A stretch of DNA of 64,000 nt. Origin: Nitrosopumilus sp. GTDB lineage: Archaea; Thermoproteota; Nitrososphaeria; Nitrososphaerales; Nitrosopumilaceae. Below are positions 18,129 to 28,089 of this stretch, piece after piece. The translations under genes were made by a program, and so were the position numbers. The notes under the pieces were generated by a model. That model was given only the letters and a program-made list of their open reading frames with translations. It searched no databases and was not told the origin of the DNA. How positions within the stretch are numbered: position 1 is the first letter of the stretch; the number at the start of each line of letters is the position of its first letter. The DNA lies in the NCBI GenBank assembly GCA_965218695.1, contig OZ244651.1, positions 1,120,001 to 1,184,000 of the forward strand. The letters are read 5' to 3'.

Positions 18129-20216
18129 ATGGCAACTGAATCACTCGGTCTACCATTCGAGGCAGGGGCCCTCAGCGCGTGGCTTGTCTGGATCCTGCCG
18201 TTTGCAGCAGCCCTCATCATACCCGGCGTTGGCAAATTCTCCAAGCACGCGACAGGATACGTGGCAGTAGGGTTCGCCCTTATGAGTGCCCTGTCTGCAG
18301 CCTCGCTTCTCCCGATGGCACTAGAGGGCCACGAGGTGCACGATCAGATAATGTGGATCGAGACGATCGGCATCAATGGGGGCGTGCTTGCAGACCCGCT
18401 CTCCATAATCATGGCAAACGTGGTGGGGTGGATATCCTTCCTCATAATGATATACAGCACCGGATACATGAAGGGCGACCGGGACATCGTAAGGTTCTGG
18501 TTCTGGATGATGTTCTTTATAGGCTCCATGCAGCTCATAGTTCTCTCTGACAACCTCCTGCAGGTATTCTTCGGATGGGAGGGCGTGGGGCTTGCCTCGT
18601 ACGCCCTTATCAGCTTCTGGTACCGCGACAAGAAGAAGGATCACGTGGGACAGGAGGGCCGCACGGTCCTTGGCATGCTGGATTACTACTCCCCCACGCA
18701 CGCAGGCATGAAGGCCTTCATCATGACCAAGGTCGGCGATGTCATGATGATTGCAGGCATGCTCTTGATATTCCTCTTTGCAGGAACCTTCGGATTCCGG
18801 GAGCTGGTGGCAGATACTGCCTGGGCCACTACCATGTCCGCGCAGGGCCTGCTGGTTCCTGCATTCGTGCTGATCTTTGGAGGCGCCATCGGCAAGTCCG
18901 CGCAGTTCCCGCTAAACGAGTGGCTGCTTGAGGCCATGACCGGCCCGACTGCAGTCTCTGCGCTGATTCACGCAGCAACCATGGTAAAGGCAGGCGTCTT
19001 TCTGGTTGCCAGGATCGGCCCGATCGTCTTTGCGCTCGGTGCTGCAGGAATACTGGCAGACCAGTTCTTTGAGATCGTGGCCTGGGTGGGCGCAATTACC
19101 GCGCTGCTGCTGGCAACGCAGGGAATGGTCAACCCGGAGATCAAGAAGGTCCTTGCATACTCTACCGGCTCCCAGATAGGCTACATGATGCTTGCGCTCG
19201 GCGTTGCAGGCCTCTCACACCAGTATGTCGACGGATACACCGCCGGATTCTACCATCTCATATCGCATGCAATGTTCAAGGCCTCACTGTTCATGGCAGC
19301 CGGCTCCCTGCTGCACGTGGTCGGCTCCCGGTTCATGACTGACATGGGCGGGCTGCGCAAACAAATGAAGAAGACATACGCCTTCATGTGGGCAGCGGGC
19401 CTGGGGCTCATGGGGGCGCCGTTTATCACCACCGGATTCTGGAGCAAGGATGCAGTATTTGCAGCAGTGTACGAGTCCGGGACAGAGTGGGCCCTTCCGC
19501 TGTTTGCCATAGCAGTCGTTACGGCAGTAATCACGGCATTCTACACCACGCGAATGATAGGAATGGTATTCTTTGGAGAGAAGAGCCGCCACATCCAGAA
19601 GATGGAGGCAGACGGCCACCACGTGCACGAGGCATCCATGTCCATGTGGGTTCCGTACGGAATCCTTGCCGTGCTCACCATCGGAATAGGAATCATCGGC
19701 CTGTCTGCAGAGGAGGGACTCCACCACGTATTCGCCGAATACTTGGAGCACTACTTTGGCATCCATACCGAGCATGTAGCTGCCGCTGCCGGGGCATCGT
19801 CCTTCCTCCCAGAGTTCCTGCAGGGGCTCAACCCCGTAGCCTTGGGATCCTCGCTTGCCGCGTTTGCAACCGGCATCGGACTGGGATACATATTCTACAT
19901 AGGCAGGTGGGTTGATCCTGTCAGGTTTGTAAACTCCAACATCTTCTTCTACGCAATCCACAAGTTCCTCCTGAACAGGTGGTACCTCAACTCCATCATA
20001 TACTGGTGCTTTGTGGCAGCACCGCTGTGGCTGGCAAGGGGCGTATTCAGATACTTTGAAAAGACGGCCATCGACTACGGTATGAATGATGGATTCCAAA
20101 AGGCGGTCGGATGGAGTGCCAGGGTCGTACAGGGAAGCCAGACGGGAATATCACAGTCGTATCTATTCGTATTTGGGGCGGGACTGCTCTTTGTGGTCCT
20201 GATGTTGCTGGTGTAG
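18129..20216 (+). CDS. nuoL: NADH-quinone oxidoreductase subunit L
   Basis: GWEGVG, GKSAQFPL, AMTGPTAVSALIHAATMV, HAMFKA, FWSKD. Confidence 0.95.
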   Translation: MATESLGLPFEAGALSAWLVWILPFAAALIIPGVGKFSKHATGYVAVGFALMSALSAASLLPMALEGHEVHDQIMWIETIGINGGVLADPLSIIMANVVGWISFLIMIYSTGYMKGDRDIVRFWFWMMFFIGSMQLIVLSDNLLQVFFGWEGVGLASYALISFWYRDKKKDHVGQEGRTVLGMLDYYSPTHAGMKAFIMTKVGDVMMIAGMLLIFLFAGTFGFRELVADTAWATTMSAQGLLVPAFVLIFGGAIGKSAQFPLNEWLLEAMTGPTAVSALIHAATMVKAGVFLVARIGPIVFALGAAGILADQFFEIVAWVGAITALLLATQGMVNPEIKKVLAYSTGSQIGYMMLALGVAGLSHQYVDGYTAGFYHLISHAMFKASLFMAAGSLLHVVGSRFMTDMGGLRKQMKKTYAFMWAAGLGLMGAPFITTGFWSKDAVFAAVYESGTEWALPLFAIAVVTAVITAFYTTRMIGMVFFGEKSRHIQKMEADGHHVHEASMSMWVPYGILAVLTIGIGIIGLSAEEGLHHVFAEYLEHYFGIHTEHVAAAAGASSFLPEFLQGLNPVALGSSLAAFATGIGLGYIFYIGRWVDPVRFVNSNIFFYAIHKFLLNRWYLNSIIYWCFVAAPLWLARGVFRYFEKTAIDYGMNDGFQKAVGWSARVVQGSQTGISQSYLFVFGAGLLFVVLMLLV

Positions 20217-20232
20217 GTGTGGGGGAGATGGA

Positions 20233-21717
20233 ATGCTAGAGACTACTTCAACGCCGCTGGTACTGATTGCCATTCTGGGAACCGTGGGCGTGATCCTTCC
20301 GATCATCAGCATTGCACGAAGGGAGCAGGGCTCCAACATGTTCTATGCTGCAATCGCCTTTGCAGCCCTCATAGTGTCCATGGCCTACGTCGGATACCAG
20401 TTTGTCAACGACGAGATATCCACGTCTGCGCTGTTCTCTGATGACGTGCTGGTAGATGACGCGTTTGGAGGATTCTTTGCAATTGCCATGCTGATAGTGG
20501 CGCTGTTCACCACAGTGGGCTCGTTCAACTACATGAGAAAGCACAACGCGCCTGCAGTCTACTACTCCCTGATACTGCTTGCCACAATCGGCATGGTACT
20601 GGTGGCGTACTCGACTGATCTCGTGATGCTGTTTGTCGCCTGGGAGCTGATGAGCATCCCCACGTACGTCCTGGTGGGCTTCATGAAGAAGAACCCGAGC
20701 TCAAACGAGGCGGCCCTCAAGTACTTCCTGTTTGGCGCACTCTCCTCTGCAATCATCGTATACGGAATCTCGATAGCGTACGGGCTGACTGGCACCACCA
20801 ACATAGGCCAGGTCATTGCCGGTTACTCTGCGCTGGATCCGTCGATGCTCCCGCTTGCGCTGCTCTCGGTGGGCCTGTTCATTGCAGGGTTCGGATTCAA
20901 GATGGGGTTGGTACCGTTCCACCAGTGGCTTCCAGACACCTACGAGGGGGCGCCGTCCCCGGTTACTGCGCTTCTTGCAGCAGCCACCAAGAAGGCAGGC
21001 TTTGCTGCGACAATCCGGGTGGTGGTTCTTGGAATGGTCGTGCTCAACCTGGACTGGACGCTTGCCCTGGGAATTCTTGCTATAATGACCATGACTGTCG
21101 GCAACGTTGCTGCGATCATGCAAAAGAACATCTCAAGAATGCTTGCCTACTCCAGCATAGCACACGCCGGATACATCCTGATAGGCCTGGCCGTGGCACC
21201 GCACAGCTCTTTGGGGCTGCAGGGATCCCTCTACCATATATTCAACCATGCGGTGATGAAGGGTGCGGCATTCATCGCGATAGCCGGAATCGTCACAACC
21301 CTTGCAGTGACGCACATCGACAAGCTCAAGGGCCTTGGACGGAGAATGCCTATAACTGCGCTGGGCTTGGTGATCGCCCTGTTTGCGCTGGCAGGAATCC
21401 CCCCGCTCTCGGGATTCTGGAGCAAGCTGATGCTGTTTGGCAGCGCGCTGGATGCAGGATCTGCAATCTGGTGGGCGCCGTGGCTTGCAATTGCAGGCGT
21501 GCTCAACAGCGCACTCTCCCTTGCATACTATGGCTGGCTTACAAGGAAGATGTACTTTGAAGGCGAGCAGGAAAAGAGGGTCGCAGAGCCGCGCTCCATA
21601 GTGGCAGTCATGATATTCTCGACCATATTCTTGGTGGGATTCGGCGTGTATCCTGAGCCGCTGATACAGTTCGTCGAGCTTGCCTCCCCCGTGGTGGGGA
21701 TGGCCGTGATGCCCTAG
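20233..21717 (+). CDS. nuoN: NADH-quinone oxidoreductase subunit N
   Basis: EAALKYF, FKMGLVPFHQWLPDTYEGAP, RMLAYSSIAHAGY. Confidence 0.95.
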   Translation: MLETTSTPLVLIAILGTVGVILPIISIARREQGSNMFYAAIAFAALIVSMAYVGYQFVNDEISTSALFSDDVLVDDAFGGFFAIAMLIVALFTTVGSFNYMRKHNAPAVYYSLILLATIGMVLVAYSTDLVMLFVAWELMSIPTYVLVGFMKKNPSSNEAALKYFLFGALSSAIIVYGISIAYGLTGTTNIGQVIAGYSALDPSMLPLALLSVGLFIAGFGFKMGLVPFHQWLPDTYEGAPSPVTALLAAATKKAGFAATIRVVVLGMVVLNLDWTLALGILAIMTMTVGNVAAIMQKNISRMLAYSSIAHAGYILIGLAVAPHSSLGLQGSLYHIFNHAVMKGAAFIAIAGIVTTLAVTHIDKLKGLGRRMPITALGLVIALFALAGIPPLSGFWSKLMLFGSALDAGSAIWWAPWLAIAGVLNSALSLAYYGWLTRKMYFEGEQEKRVAEPRSIVAVMIFSTIFLVGFGVYPEPLIQFVELASPVVGMAVMP

Positions 21718-21897
21718 ACGTGCAGCGTCCCCGGTCCGGGTTTGGCAAAAACGTGCGGCAAGTGCCACGTGCGGTAGTGCAAAGACAAGACGCAAATGTG
21801 CGCCAAATTAAAGCGTGTTCTCCATGCCTGTGCGTGTCCGAACGGCCACGCAGCGGAGCTTCGGATTGAAACGAACCCCTAAATTGCTACTTGGTGC

Positions 21898-22533
21898 GTG
21901 TTGTACGTGCGTCTTGATCCCAAAATACCTTGCCTGATAATAATATCGCCAAATGCCGCATTTGTACGCATTAAAGACGGCAATGGCATGTATCTTGGAC
22001 AGGCAGTTGCGATATTCCTAGCCGGGGCGCTCTTCGGCACAGCCATCACGTCATCAGGTATCTTGTCCGTGCAATTGGATCTATCCAGCACACCCTATCT
22101 GTGGCGGCAGATAATGACGGCCCTGGCAAGTGGTGTGATCACGCCTGCGATAATTCACATTGCCGGAAAGAGACTTGGCGGCAACCAGTGCTGGAAAAAG
22201 ACGTTTGATGCAATCCTTCACATACATATTTTGTACATCCCGGTGGCAGTTGTGTTTGCCTTGGCCGGTGCATTCTGGTTGTATTACTCGACTCCCTTTG
22301 AATCATCTGGGCCAGTAATTGGACCACCATTCTTTTTCTACATGGACATTGTTCTGCACAATGCCATAGCAGCCTCACTTGGGATGTGGATCCTGATTGT
22401 GACTATAAAGGCAGTAAAGGTGGTAAACGCATTCGGAACGGCAAAGGCATTTGGGGTCGTCGTTGCGGCCATAGCCGCATCGTGGGCAGTCACCACCTTG
22501 TTTAGTGTTGGTACGGCCATAATCATGACCTGA
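21898..22533 (+). CDS. Multi-pass membrane protein, Yip1-like
   Basis: SPNAAF N-terminal motif and about five hydrophobic segments; start uncertain (GTG 21898 or 21907). Confidence 0.6.
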   Translation: MLYVRLDPKIPCLIIISPNAAFVRIKDGNGMYLGQAVAIFLAGALFGTAITSSGILSVQLDLSSTPYLWRQIMTALASGVITPAIIHIAGKRLGGNQCWKKTFDAILHIHILYIPVAVVFALAGAFWLYYSTPFESSGPVIGPPFFFYMDIVLHNAIAASLGMWILIVTIKAVKVVNAFGTAKAFGVVVAAIAASWAVTTLFSVGTAIIMT

Positions 22534-22665
22534 CAGTAACGGCGGATGTGGCGGCAGGGTCAGACTGGAGCAGGCGTGATCGTCGTGGGGGGGGAAGGCA
22601 ACCTGCAAACAGGCTTTGTCCCTTTTGGGGTACACGCAGTTGATGCATTGCTGCTGCCGTGCATC

Positions 22666-23532
22666 TCACATCTTGAATGATGTGAACTTTATCAAATTGT
22701 CCAGGTTCAACTTGGCGTCGCAGTCCGGTATTATTCTCAGCGCCGCCCTTGCCTTGTCAGAGTATTTCTTTAGCATCTCCTCCATCTTGTCAAAGACGTC
22801 CCTGGGATCCGAACTTCTCTTGATTAGCAGGTTGAAGAGCTTGTCCTCGTTCTTCCAGTCCAGCAGGTCGTCCCTTATCTGGTATGCGATGCCTATGTTC
22901 TTTCCGTACTCTGTCAGCGACTCTGTCTGCCTTGCGCTCCCGCCTGCAATTATCGAGCCGGTCCTTGCTGCAACCTCGAAGGCAGTCGCCGTCTTGTACT
23001 CGATAACCCTCAGGTAGTCGTCAAAGGTAACATCCTCGCTGGTCTCCAGCCTGCTTTCGATCATCTCGCCTTCGCTCATCAGCATGGCGGTGGTCGCCAG
23101 GTCCTTTGTGATTCTGGGATTGTCCAGCTTGGACGATATTGCCAGGATCAGCCCCAGTACAAAGTCCCCTGTCAGGACACTGGTGTTGTACCCGTACTTG
23201 ATGTGGAACGGATCCTTCTGTCTCCTCATGGTCTCGTTGTCGATTATGTCATCGTGTATGATGGACTCCATGTGCAGAAACTCCACTGCGCATGCTGCTG
23301 CAAGCGTGTTGTCATCTACCCTGCCTACGCACTCTGCTGCCAGAACCAGTATGACTGGCCTTATCCTCTTGCCGCCATCAAGGGAGTACCTTAAAGGCTC
23401 TATAAACTCGGATTCGGAATATGTGGCAAGCTCGTCTTCCAATGCCCTGTTTATTCTGTTGATGTATTCCCCGTGGGTTTCACGCAGCGGGTTAACCTCG
23501 ATATTTTTTCTGTTCAAGACAGCACTATTCAA
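22666..23532 (-). CDS. Polyprenyl (geranylgeranyl) diphosphate synthase
   Basis: GGKRIRP, HDDIID..RR, YKTA, YQIRDDLLD motifs. Confidence 0.93.
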   Translation of the reverse strand: MNSAVLNRKNIEVNPLRETHGEYINRINRALEDELATYSESEFIEPLRYSLDGGKRIRPVILVLAAECVGRVDDNTLAAACAVEFLHMESIIHDDIIDNETMRRQKDPFHIKYGYNTSVLTGDFVLGLILAISSKLDNPRITKDLATTAMLMSEGEMIESRLETSEDVTFDDYLRVIEYKTATAFEVAARTGSIIAGGSARQTESLTEYGKNIGIAYQIRDDLLDWKNEDKLFNLLIKRSSDPRDVFDKMEEMLKKYSDKARAALRIIPDCDAKLNLDNLIKFTSFKM

Positions 23533-23559
23533 AAAACTCCGCTATTAGTAATTAAATCT

Positions 23560-23653
23560 TGGTGCTCCAGCCGGGACTTTCATCGAATGATTTTGAACCC
23601 GGGATCACTGCCTTGAAAGGGCAGTATGCTTGACCGGTCTACACCACTGGAAC
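23560..23653 (-). tRNA. tRNA-Glu(TTC) with 15-nt intron at position 59/60 (23577-23591); CCA encoded
   Basis: Acceptor GTTCCAG/CTGGAGC, anticodon arm CTGCC-CTTTCAA-GGCAG, T-arm CCGGG/CCCGG with a bulge-helix-bulge around the insert. Confidence 0.93.
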
Positions 23654-23707
23654 CCAAGAGTATGATTACCTGATAACCATAAAATCTTTTGTAAATGGCA
23701 TCTGATG

Positions 23708-25141
23708 TGTATTGTCCCAAAAGTAGTTCACCCCCCACATGAGACTCGAGTCCCGGGTGGACATTCCCGATGAAGGACATCATCCACGGCGTGGCATCCC
23801 ACGTGAAATCCATGGGAAGTGCAGTCAGCATGACCATTACTGGAAACGGTGGTGTGTGGGTCCGTCAGAGAATACGCTCGGCGGTGTGGCGTCATATAGG
23901 AAGACGGAGAGTGCGAGTAATGAAAAAGCTGGATCAGGCCAAGGTCGAATGGATCATACGAGAGAAACGCAAGAATACGCGCAACAAGGAGATTGCTGCA
24001 AGCACGGGAGTGTCGGTCCGCTGGGTCCAAAAGCTGTGGAAGAGGTACAGAGACGAGGACAAAATCGCATATCCTGCCCCTATGGGCAGGCCCAAAAAGT
24101 GCGCGCCCGGACGACGGGATCATTCTGCGGTCCTCTCGGCGGCATCAAACGAGGTCCAAGGGGCAGCATCCTTGGAGCGCATCATAAAGTCGTTTGCCGG
24201 AATACATATCCCGCACAACACCCTGCACAAAATATTGAAGGATGCCGGTTTTGCAGACACACAGCCAAAGAAGAGCCAGCGCCGCAAGTGGATCCGCTAC
24301 GAGCGCGAGCACTCCAACTCGATGTGGCACACCGACTACAAGCAGCTTGACGACGGCAGGTGGTTCCTGTGCTACGAGGACGACGCCTCGCGCTTCGTGA
24401 CTGGCTTTGGGGTATTCCAGGAGGCGACCACCGAAAACGCCCTGAAGGTGCTTGACGAGGCCATAAAAAACCACGGCAAGCCGGCGTCAATCCTGACGGA
24501 CCGCGGCACCCAGTTCTATGCCACCGAGTCAGAGGCCAAGAAGAAGGGAGCCTCCAAGTTTGAGCAGAGGCTAGTTGAGCTTGACATCAAACACATCCTG
24601 GCCCGCGTGAGGCATCCGCAGACAAACGACAAGCTGGAACGCCTGCACGGGGAGATGCAACGCAAGATGCACCGCTTCGAGGCAGCATCATCATCTTCCA
24701 AGATCAGGCGCGGCGCGTCAAAGAATTCTCACGTGGGCGGGCCGTTTTGCGCCGCACCATCAAAGGATCCAGTGGAGCGTTTCATGGAGTGGTACAATCA
24801 CGACCGACCGCACATGTCCCTTGACTGGGACAACCTTGAGACACCGGCGCAGGCGTTTAAAAGAAAGATGTCCCCGGCTGGGGAGACGGTAGTGGACGGC
24901 CAGACAGGACAAGAGTACCGCGCAGAGTAGCAGCGATCCGACACGGTCAGGCCTCGTGCAATCTACAGGGGATACTGCGCATAATTTTTTGAAAAGATCT
25001 CATGCGTGGAGTGGAAATGAAGAAAATTCGTGATCCGGGCCGCAGGATCCGACGTAAGACAATTATGCAACGACCGGTAACATCAAACATGCAAGTACCT
25101 CCAAGTCTTGGAGGGGGGCGAACTACTTTCGGGATCCCACA
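23708..25141 (+). mobile_element. IS481-family element, copy 1 (1434 bp)
   Basis: TGT...ACA ends with imperfect ~29-bp TIR; 15-bp TSD AAATGGCATCTGATG (23693-23707, 25142-25156). Confidence 0.9.
23770..24930 (+). CDS. IS481-family transposase (HTH plus integrase core)
   Basis: WHTDYK, EDDASR, LTDRGTQF, HPQTNDKLERLH (G to D versus copy 2), YNHDRPH; true start may be MKKLDQ at 23920. Confidence 0.9.
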   Translation: MKDIIHGVASHVKSMGSAVSMTITGNGGVWVRQRIRSAVWRHIGRRRVRVMKKLDQAKVEWIIREKRKNTRNKEIAASTGVSVRWVQKLWKRYRDEDKIAYPAPMGRPKKCAPGRRDHSAVLSAASNEVQGAASLERIIKSFAGIHIPHNTLHKILKDAGFADTQPKKSQRRKWIRYEREHSNSMWHTDYKQLDDGRWFLCYEDDASRFVTGFGVFQEATTENALKVLDEAIKNHGKPASILTDRGTQFYATESEAKKKGASKFEQRLVELDIKHILARVRHPQTNDKLERLHGEMQRKMHRFEAASSSSKIRRGASKNSHVGGPFCAAPSKDPVERFMEWYNHDRPHMSLDWDNLETPAQAFKRKMSPAGETVVDGQTGQEYRAE

Positions 25142-25318
25142 AAATGGCATCTGATGGCATGGCTCCGAAAGCGGTTCACCCACTGTCCCCGAGCAGGCCA
25201 TATTATGCCTAGGAATCCAAAAGGATCGGATGCGTGGCTGCTGCTGCTGCTGCAAATTCATCATGCAGCATCTTTCGTACCCTGCAAGAAATATTAATCA
25301 TCATTTGGGAGGTGTGTC

Positions 25319-26602
25319 ATGATGAGCAGGATTCTGCAGATTGGAGTGATAGCAGCAGCTGCCATCAGCGTGGTGGTTGTGGCGTATTTTGCACTTGGCA
25401 TCGACAGTAGCAGCGTGCCGACTGACGGGGACTCTACATCCGAGATTCGGGAACTGTCAGGCCAGATTCAAGTCGGTCTTCTTGCGCCAATCACCGGCGC
25501 CCTATCAGATGTTGGAGAAGAGTACCTTGCAATCACAAAACTTGCAGAGAGAGACGTCAACGAGTATCTTCAGGCGCAGGGCCATCCGTGGGCCATAAAC
25601 CTGATAATAGAGGATACCGAATCCCAGCCGGATGTTGCGCTTGAAAGGACCATGGATCTTTATGCACAGGGAATACGAGTCATTACAGGGCCTGTGGGAA
25701 GCGCCAACGTTAATGCCATCAAAAACTATGCAGACGCAAACGGCATGTTGGTTGTGTCGTGCTGCTCGTCTGCCTCGGCAGTTGCAGTACCAGACGACAA
25801 CGTCTACCGCCTGGCAACAGTAGACACCCACTACATAGGGATACTGGCAGAGGCTGCAAGGGGCCACGGAATGGATACCTTGATTCACGTCTATCGCGGA
25901 GATGTCTGGGGGGACGGCTTTGCAGCTTCGTTGCAGGATGGTTTTTCAGAACGCGGCGGCATTGTAAGCAACTGGATAAGGTACAACCCTAGCACTGCCA
26001 ACTTTACAGAGGTGGCCCGTCACTTGGATGGCATGGTGCAGGAGGCAATGAAGACAAATGAACCAGACAGGATCGGAGTGGTGCTTTCCGGCTACGGCGA
26101 GAGCATAGATATCATACGAGCCGCAGTGTCATACGAGATACTTGATGATGTGACATGGTTTGGTACGACATCTGTCCTCGGAGATGATAGAATTATCGAC
26201 GATCCAATTATTGAGGCCTTTGCAGATTCTGTGGGGTTGTACACTATTACACTGTCCATACCGGACAGCCCTGAGTACAGGCAGGTAGAGGCGGCCATGA
26301 TTGAGAGGCTGGGATATCCACCAGAGTCGTTTTTGTATGCAGCATATGATACGGTATGGGTTGTAGCCCTTACAATGCTTGATGCCCAGAGTACAGACGT
26401 CAATGACATGAAGGCAAGCATTGAAGACGCGGCCGGGGAGTACCAGGGAGTGATTGGCGAGATAAGGTTCGATGACGCAGGGGATCTGGCAGATGCCAAC
26501 TATGCGGTATGGAGCGTCTCTGAGGGCCAGTGGCACCTGAGCGGACAGTACATACCGTCAGAGGGATACGTGGTACTGGATGGTTCGGGGGACGTAGGAT
26601 GA
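25319..26602 (+). CDS. Membrane-anchored type I solute-binding protein (Liv/branched-chain amino acid-binding-like)
   Basis: N-terminal TM anchor, VGLLAPITG, EDT, AAYDTVW, GEIRFDDAGD; no permease or ATPase adjacent. Confidence 0.85.
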   Translation: MMSRILQIGVIAAAAISVVVVAYFALGIDSSSVPTDGDSTSEIRELSGQIQVGLLAPITGALSDVGEEYLAITKLAERDVNEYLQAQGHPWAINLIIEDTESQPDVALERTMDLYAQGIRVITGPVGSANVNAIKNYADANGMLVVSCCSSASAVAVPDDNVYRLATVDTHYIGILAEAARGHGMDTLIHVYRGDVWGDGFAASLQDGFSERGGIVSNWIRYNPSTANFTEVARHLDGMVQEAMKTNEPDRIGVVLSGYGESIDIIRAAVSYEILDDVTWFGTTSVLGDDRIIDDPIIEAFADSVGLYTITLSIPDSPEYRQVEAAMIERLGYPPESFLYAAYDTVWVVALTMLDAQSTDVNDMKASIEDAAGEYQGVIGEIRFDDAGDLADANYAVWSVSEGQWHLSGQYIPSEGYVVLDGSGDVG

Positions 26603-26696
26603 CCCCGGACATGTTATGGTATCGTCTGTTTCCCATAATCCTATGGAATAGTGGTAAATTTCAGGACTGCACATGATAGTCTTTGGATGGGGTTGA

Positions 26697-26770
26697 TGGG
26701 CCCGAAGGGCTTCGATCCCTTGGCTCACCGGTTATGAGCCGGTTACTCTACCAAGCTGAGTTACGGGCCC
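26697..26770 (-). tRNA. tRNA with CAT anticodon, most likely tRNA-Ile2 (agmatidine type)
   Basis: GGGCCCG/CGGGCCC acceptor, ACCGG-CTCATAA-CCGGT anticodon arm; lacks initiator A1:U72 and the three G-C anticodon-stem pairs. Confidence 0.85.
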
Positions 26771-26818
26771 CATGCAAATGAATTTTTCCTTGGATATAAA
26801 ATGTTGAGGTTTTAAAGA

Positions 26819-27463
26819 TCAGGCAGCCTGCTGGCAGTATTCCTCGTAACAGGCATCAAGCAGCATGTTCTGTGCCGAGATTGACTTGTCTGCAATTGCA
26901 ACCATGTCATCCTGGTTCGACGAGGACTCCTCAAGGACTCCACGCCACGATGCAGCATGCCTGATGTCCGCTTCTGTATGGAGCCTAAAGTATTTTGTTG
27001 CAGCATCGCTGGTAATTTCATAGAACTTTGCTAGGCCGTCAAGCTTTGTCTGGCTGATCTTTGGAATCTCTTTTTCAAAGGCGTACATTGCACATGCGCC
27101 GCCCTCAAAGGTGTCCATCAACCCGTTCAGATCAGAGACTGCCCTGCGGGTCTTTGGCAGTCCGTCATAGGATATGAGCTGGTCTTCTGGTATGCCAAGC
27201 TGGTCTGCAAAGGTGATCCACGGTCCTATGTGATCAGACTCCTCCTGCCTGCTCTCGACTAGTTCGGCTACAATGCCGTCTGGTGCATGCTCGATTATCG
27301 GCGTCATGAAGGAGGGAACGGCCTTGACCAACTGAAAGTACTCCTTGGAGTATCCTGCAAGAGAGTCCTGCGTTAGTTCTCCTGCAGACCACATCTCGTA
27401 GAATGGATGCTTTAGCAGGCTTCTCTCCTCGATCATCTCGTCGATTCTCTGAATAAAAGACAT
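26819..27463 (-). CDS. TenA/PqqC/CADD-like heme-oxygenase-fold protein
   Basis: LLKHPFYEMW..G.L, EESDH, YFRLHTEADIRH di-metal motifs; ATG at 27463. Confidence 0.85.
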   Translation of the reverse strand: MSFIQRIDEMIEERSLLKHPFYEMWSAGELTQDSLAGYSKEYFQLVKAVPSFMTPIIEHAPDGIVAELVESRQEESDHIGPWITFADQLGIPEDQLISYDGLPKTRRAVSDLNGLMDTFEGGACAMYAFEKEIPKISQTKLDGLAKFYEITSDAATKYFRLHTEADIRHAASWRGVLEESSSNQDDMVAIADKSISAQNMLLDACYEEYCQQAA

Positions 27464-27721
27464 GTCTGGACTTTGGGCGCGCCAATAAAAAAATCTTCGG
27501 TTTATGGTGGCGTACTGAACGCACGATAACCCTGCCCACCCACCACCACGCGTGGCGGGATGACCCCTAATCATGCATGGCCGTCAAGACCCTCATGTTG
27601 AATGGAGCCATCCGAGCTATCCTGCTGCAAAAAACGATCCCAAAAACAGGGACTCACTCCAGACGCCGCCCTGAGGATTCCACAAAAGTTTTGGCAAAGG
27701 TAAAAACCTGCGTCCGGATGC

Positions 27722-27813
27722 GTACATACTCAGGTCCCCCTCAAACTCAGGCGTGAATATACGTAAAACAGTACATGTTTACGCCTAGACAATACCGGGA
27801 CCTGAGTATGTAC
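27722..27813. mobile_element. 92-bp MITE, probably IS66-derived
   Basis: Perfect 17-bp TIR GTACATACTCAGGTCCC; 8-bp direct repeat CCGGATGC on both flanks (27714-27721, 27814-27821). Confidence 0.85.
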
Positions 27814-28089
27814 CCGGATGCATGTCGAATGTTATTATAATTATACTGTCAATCTAAATCTGTGAGAATCGACGCCCCCACCGCGTCTGGTATCCTGACG
27901 GTGTCTGTTCTATGTATCCTTGCCATATACATGGCCTCTGCGGGCCCCCCCACCGGTACTGATCTTTATGCTGATCCAAAACGTGTACGTATGCTCTCAT
28001 GCACAGATAACAGTCGGATGGCACACATGTAACCCCATCTCAGACATATTCTGCCCCTGAATGGAAATGACAACACGTACACACCACCC

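Noticed and set aside
10826-21717. Missing nuoEFG and M-before-L order as gene loss
   Set aside because: Standard 11-subunit thaumarchaeal complex I operon
25238-25254. Intergenic (GCT)n microsatellite
   Set aside because: Only about five units with no evident function
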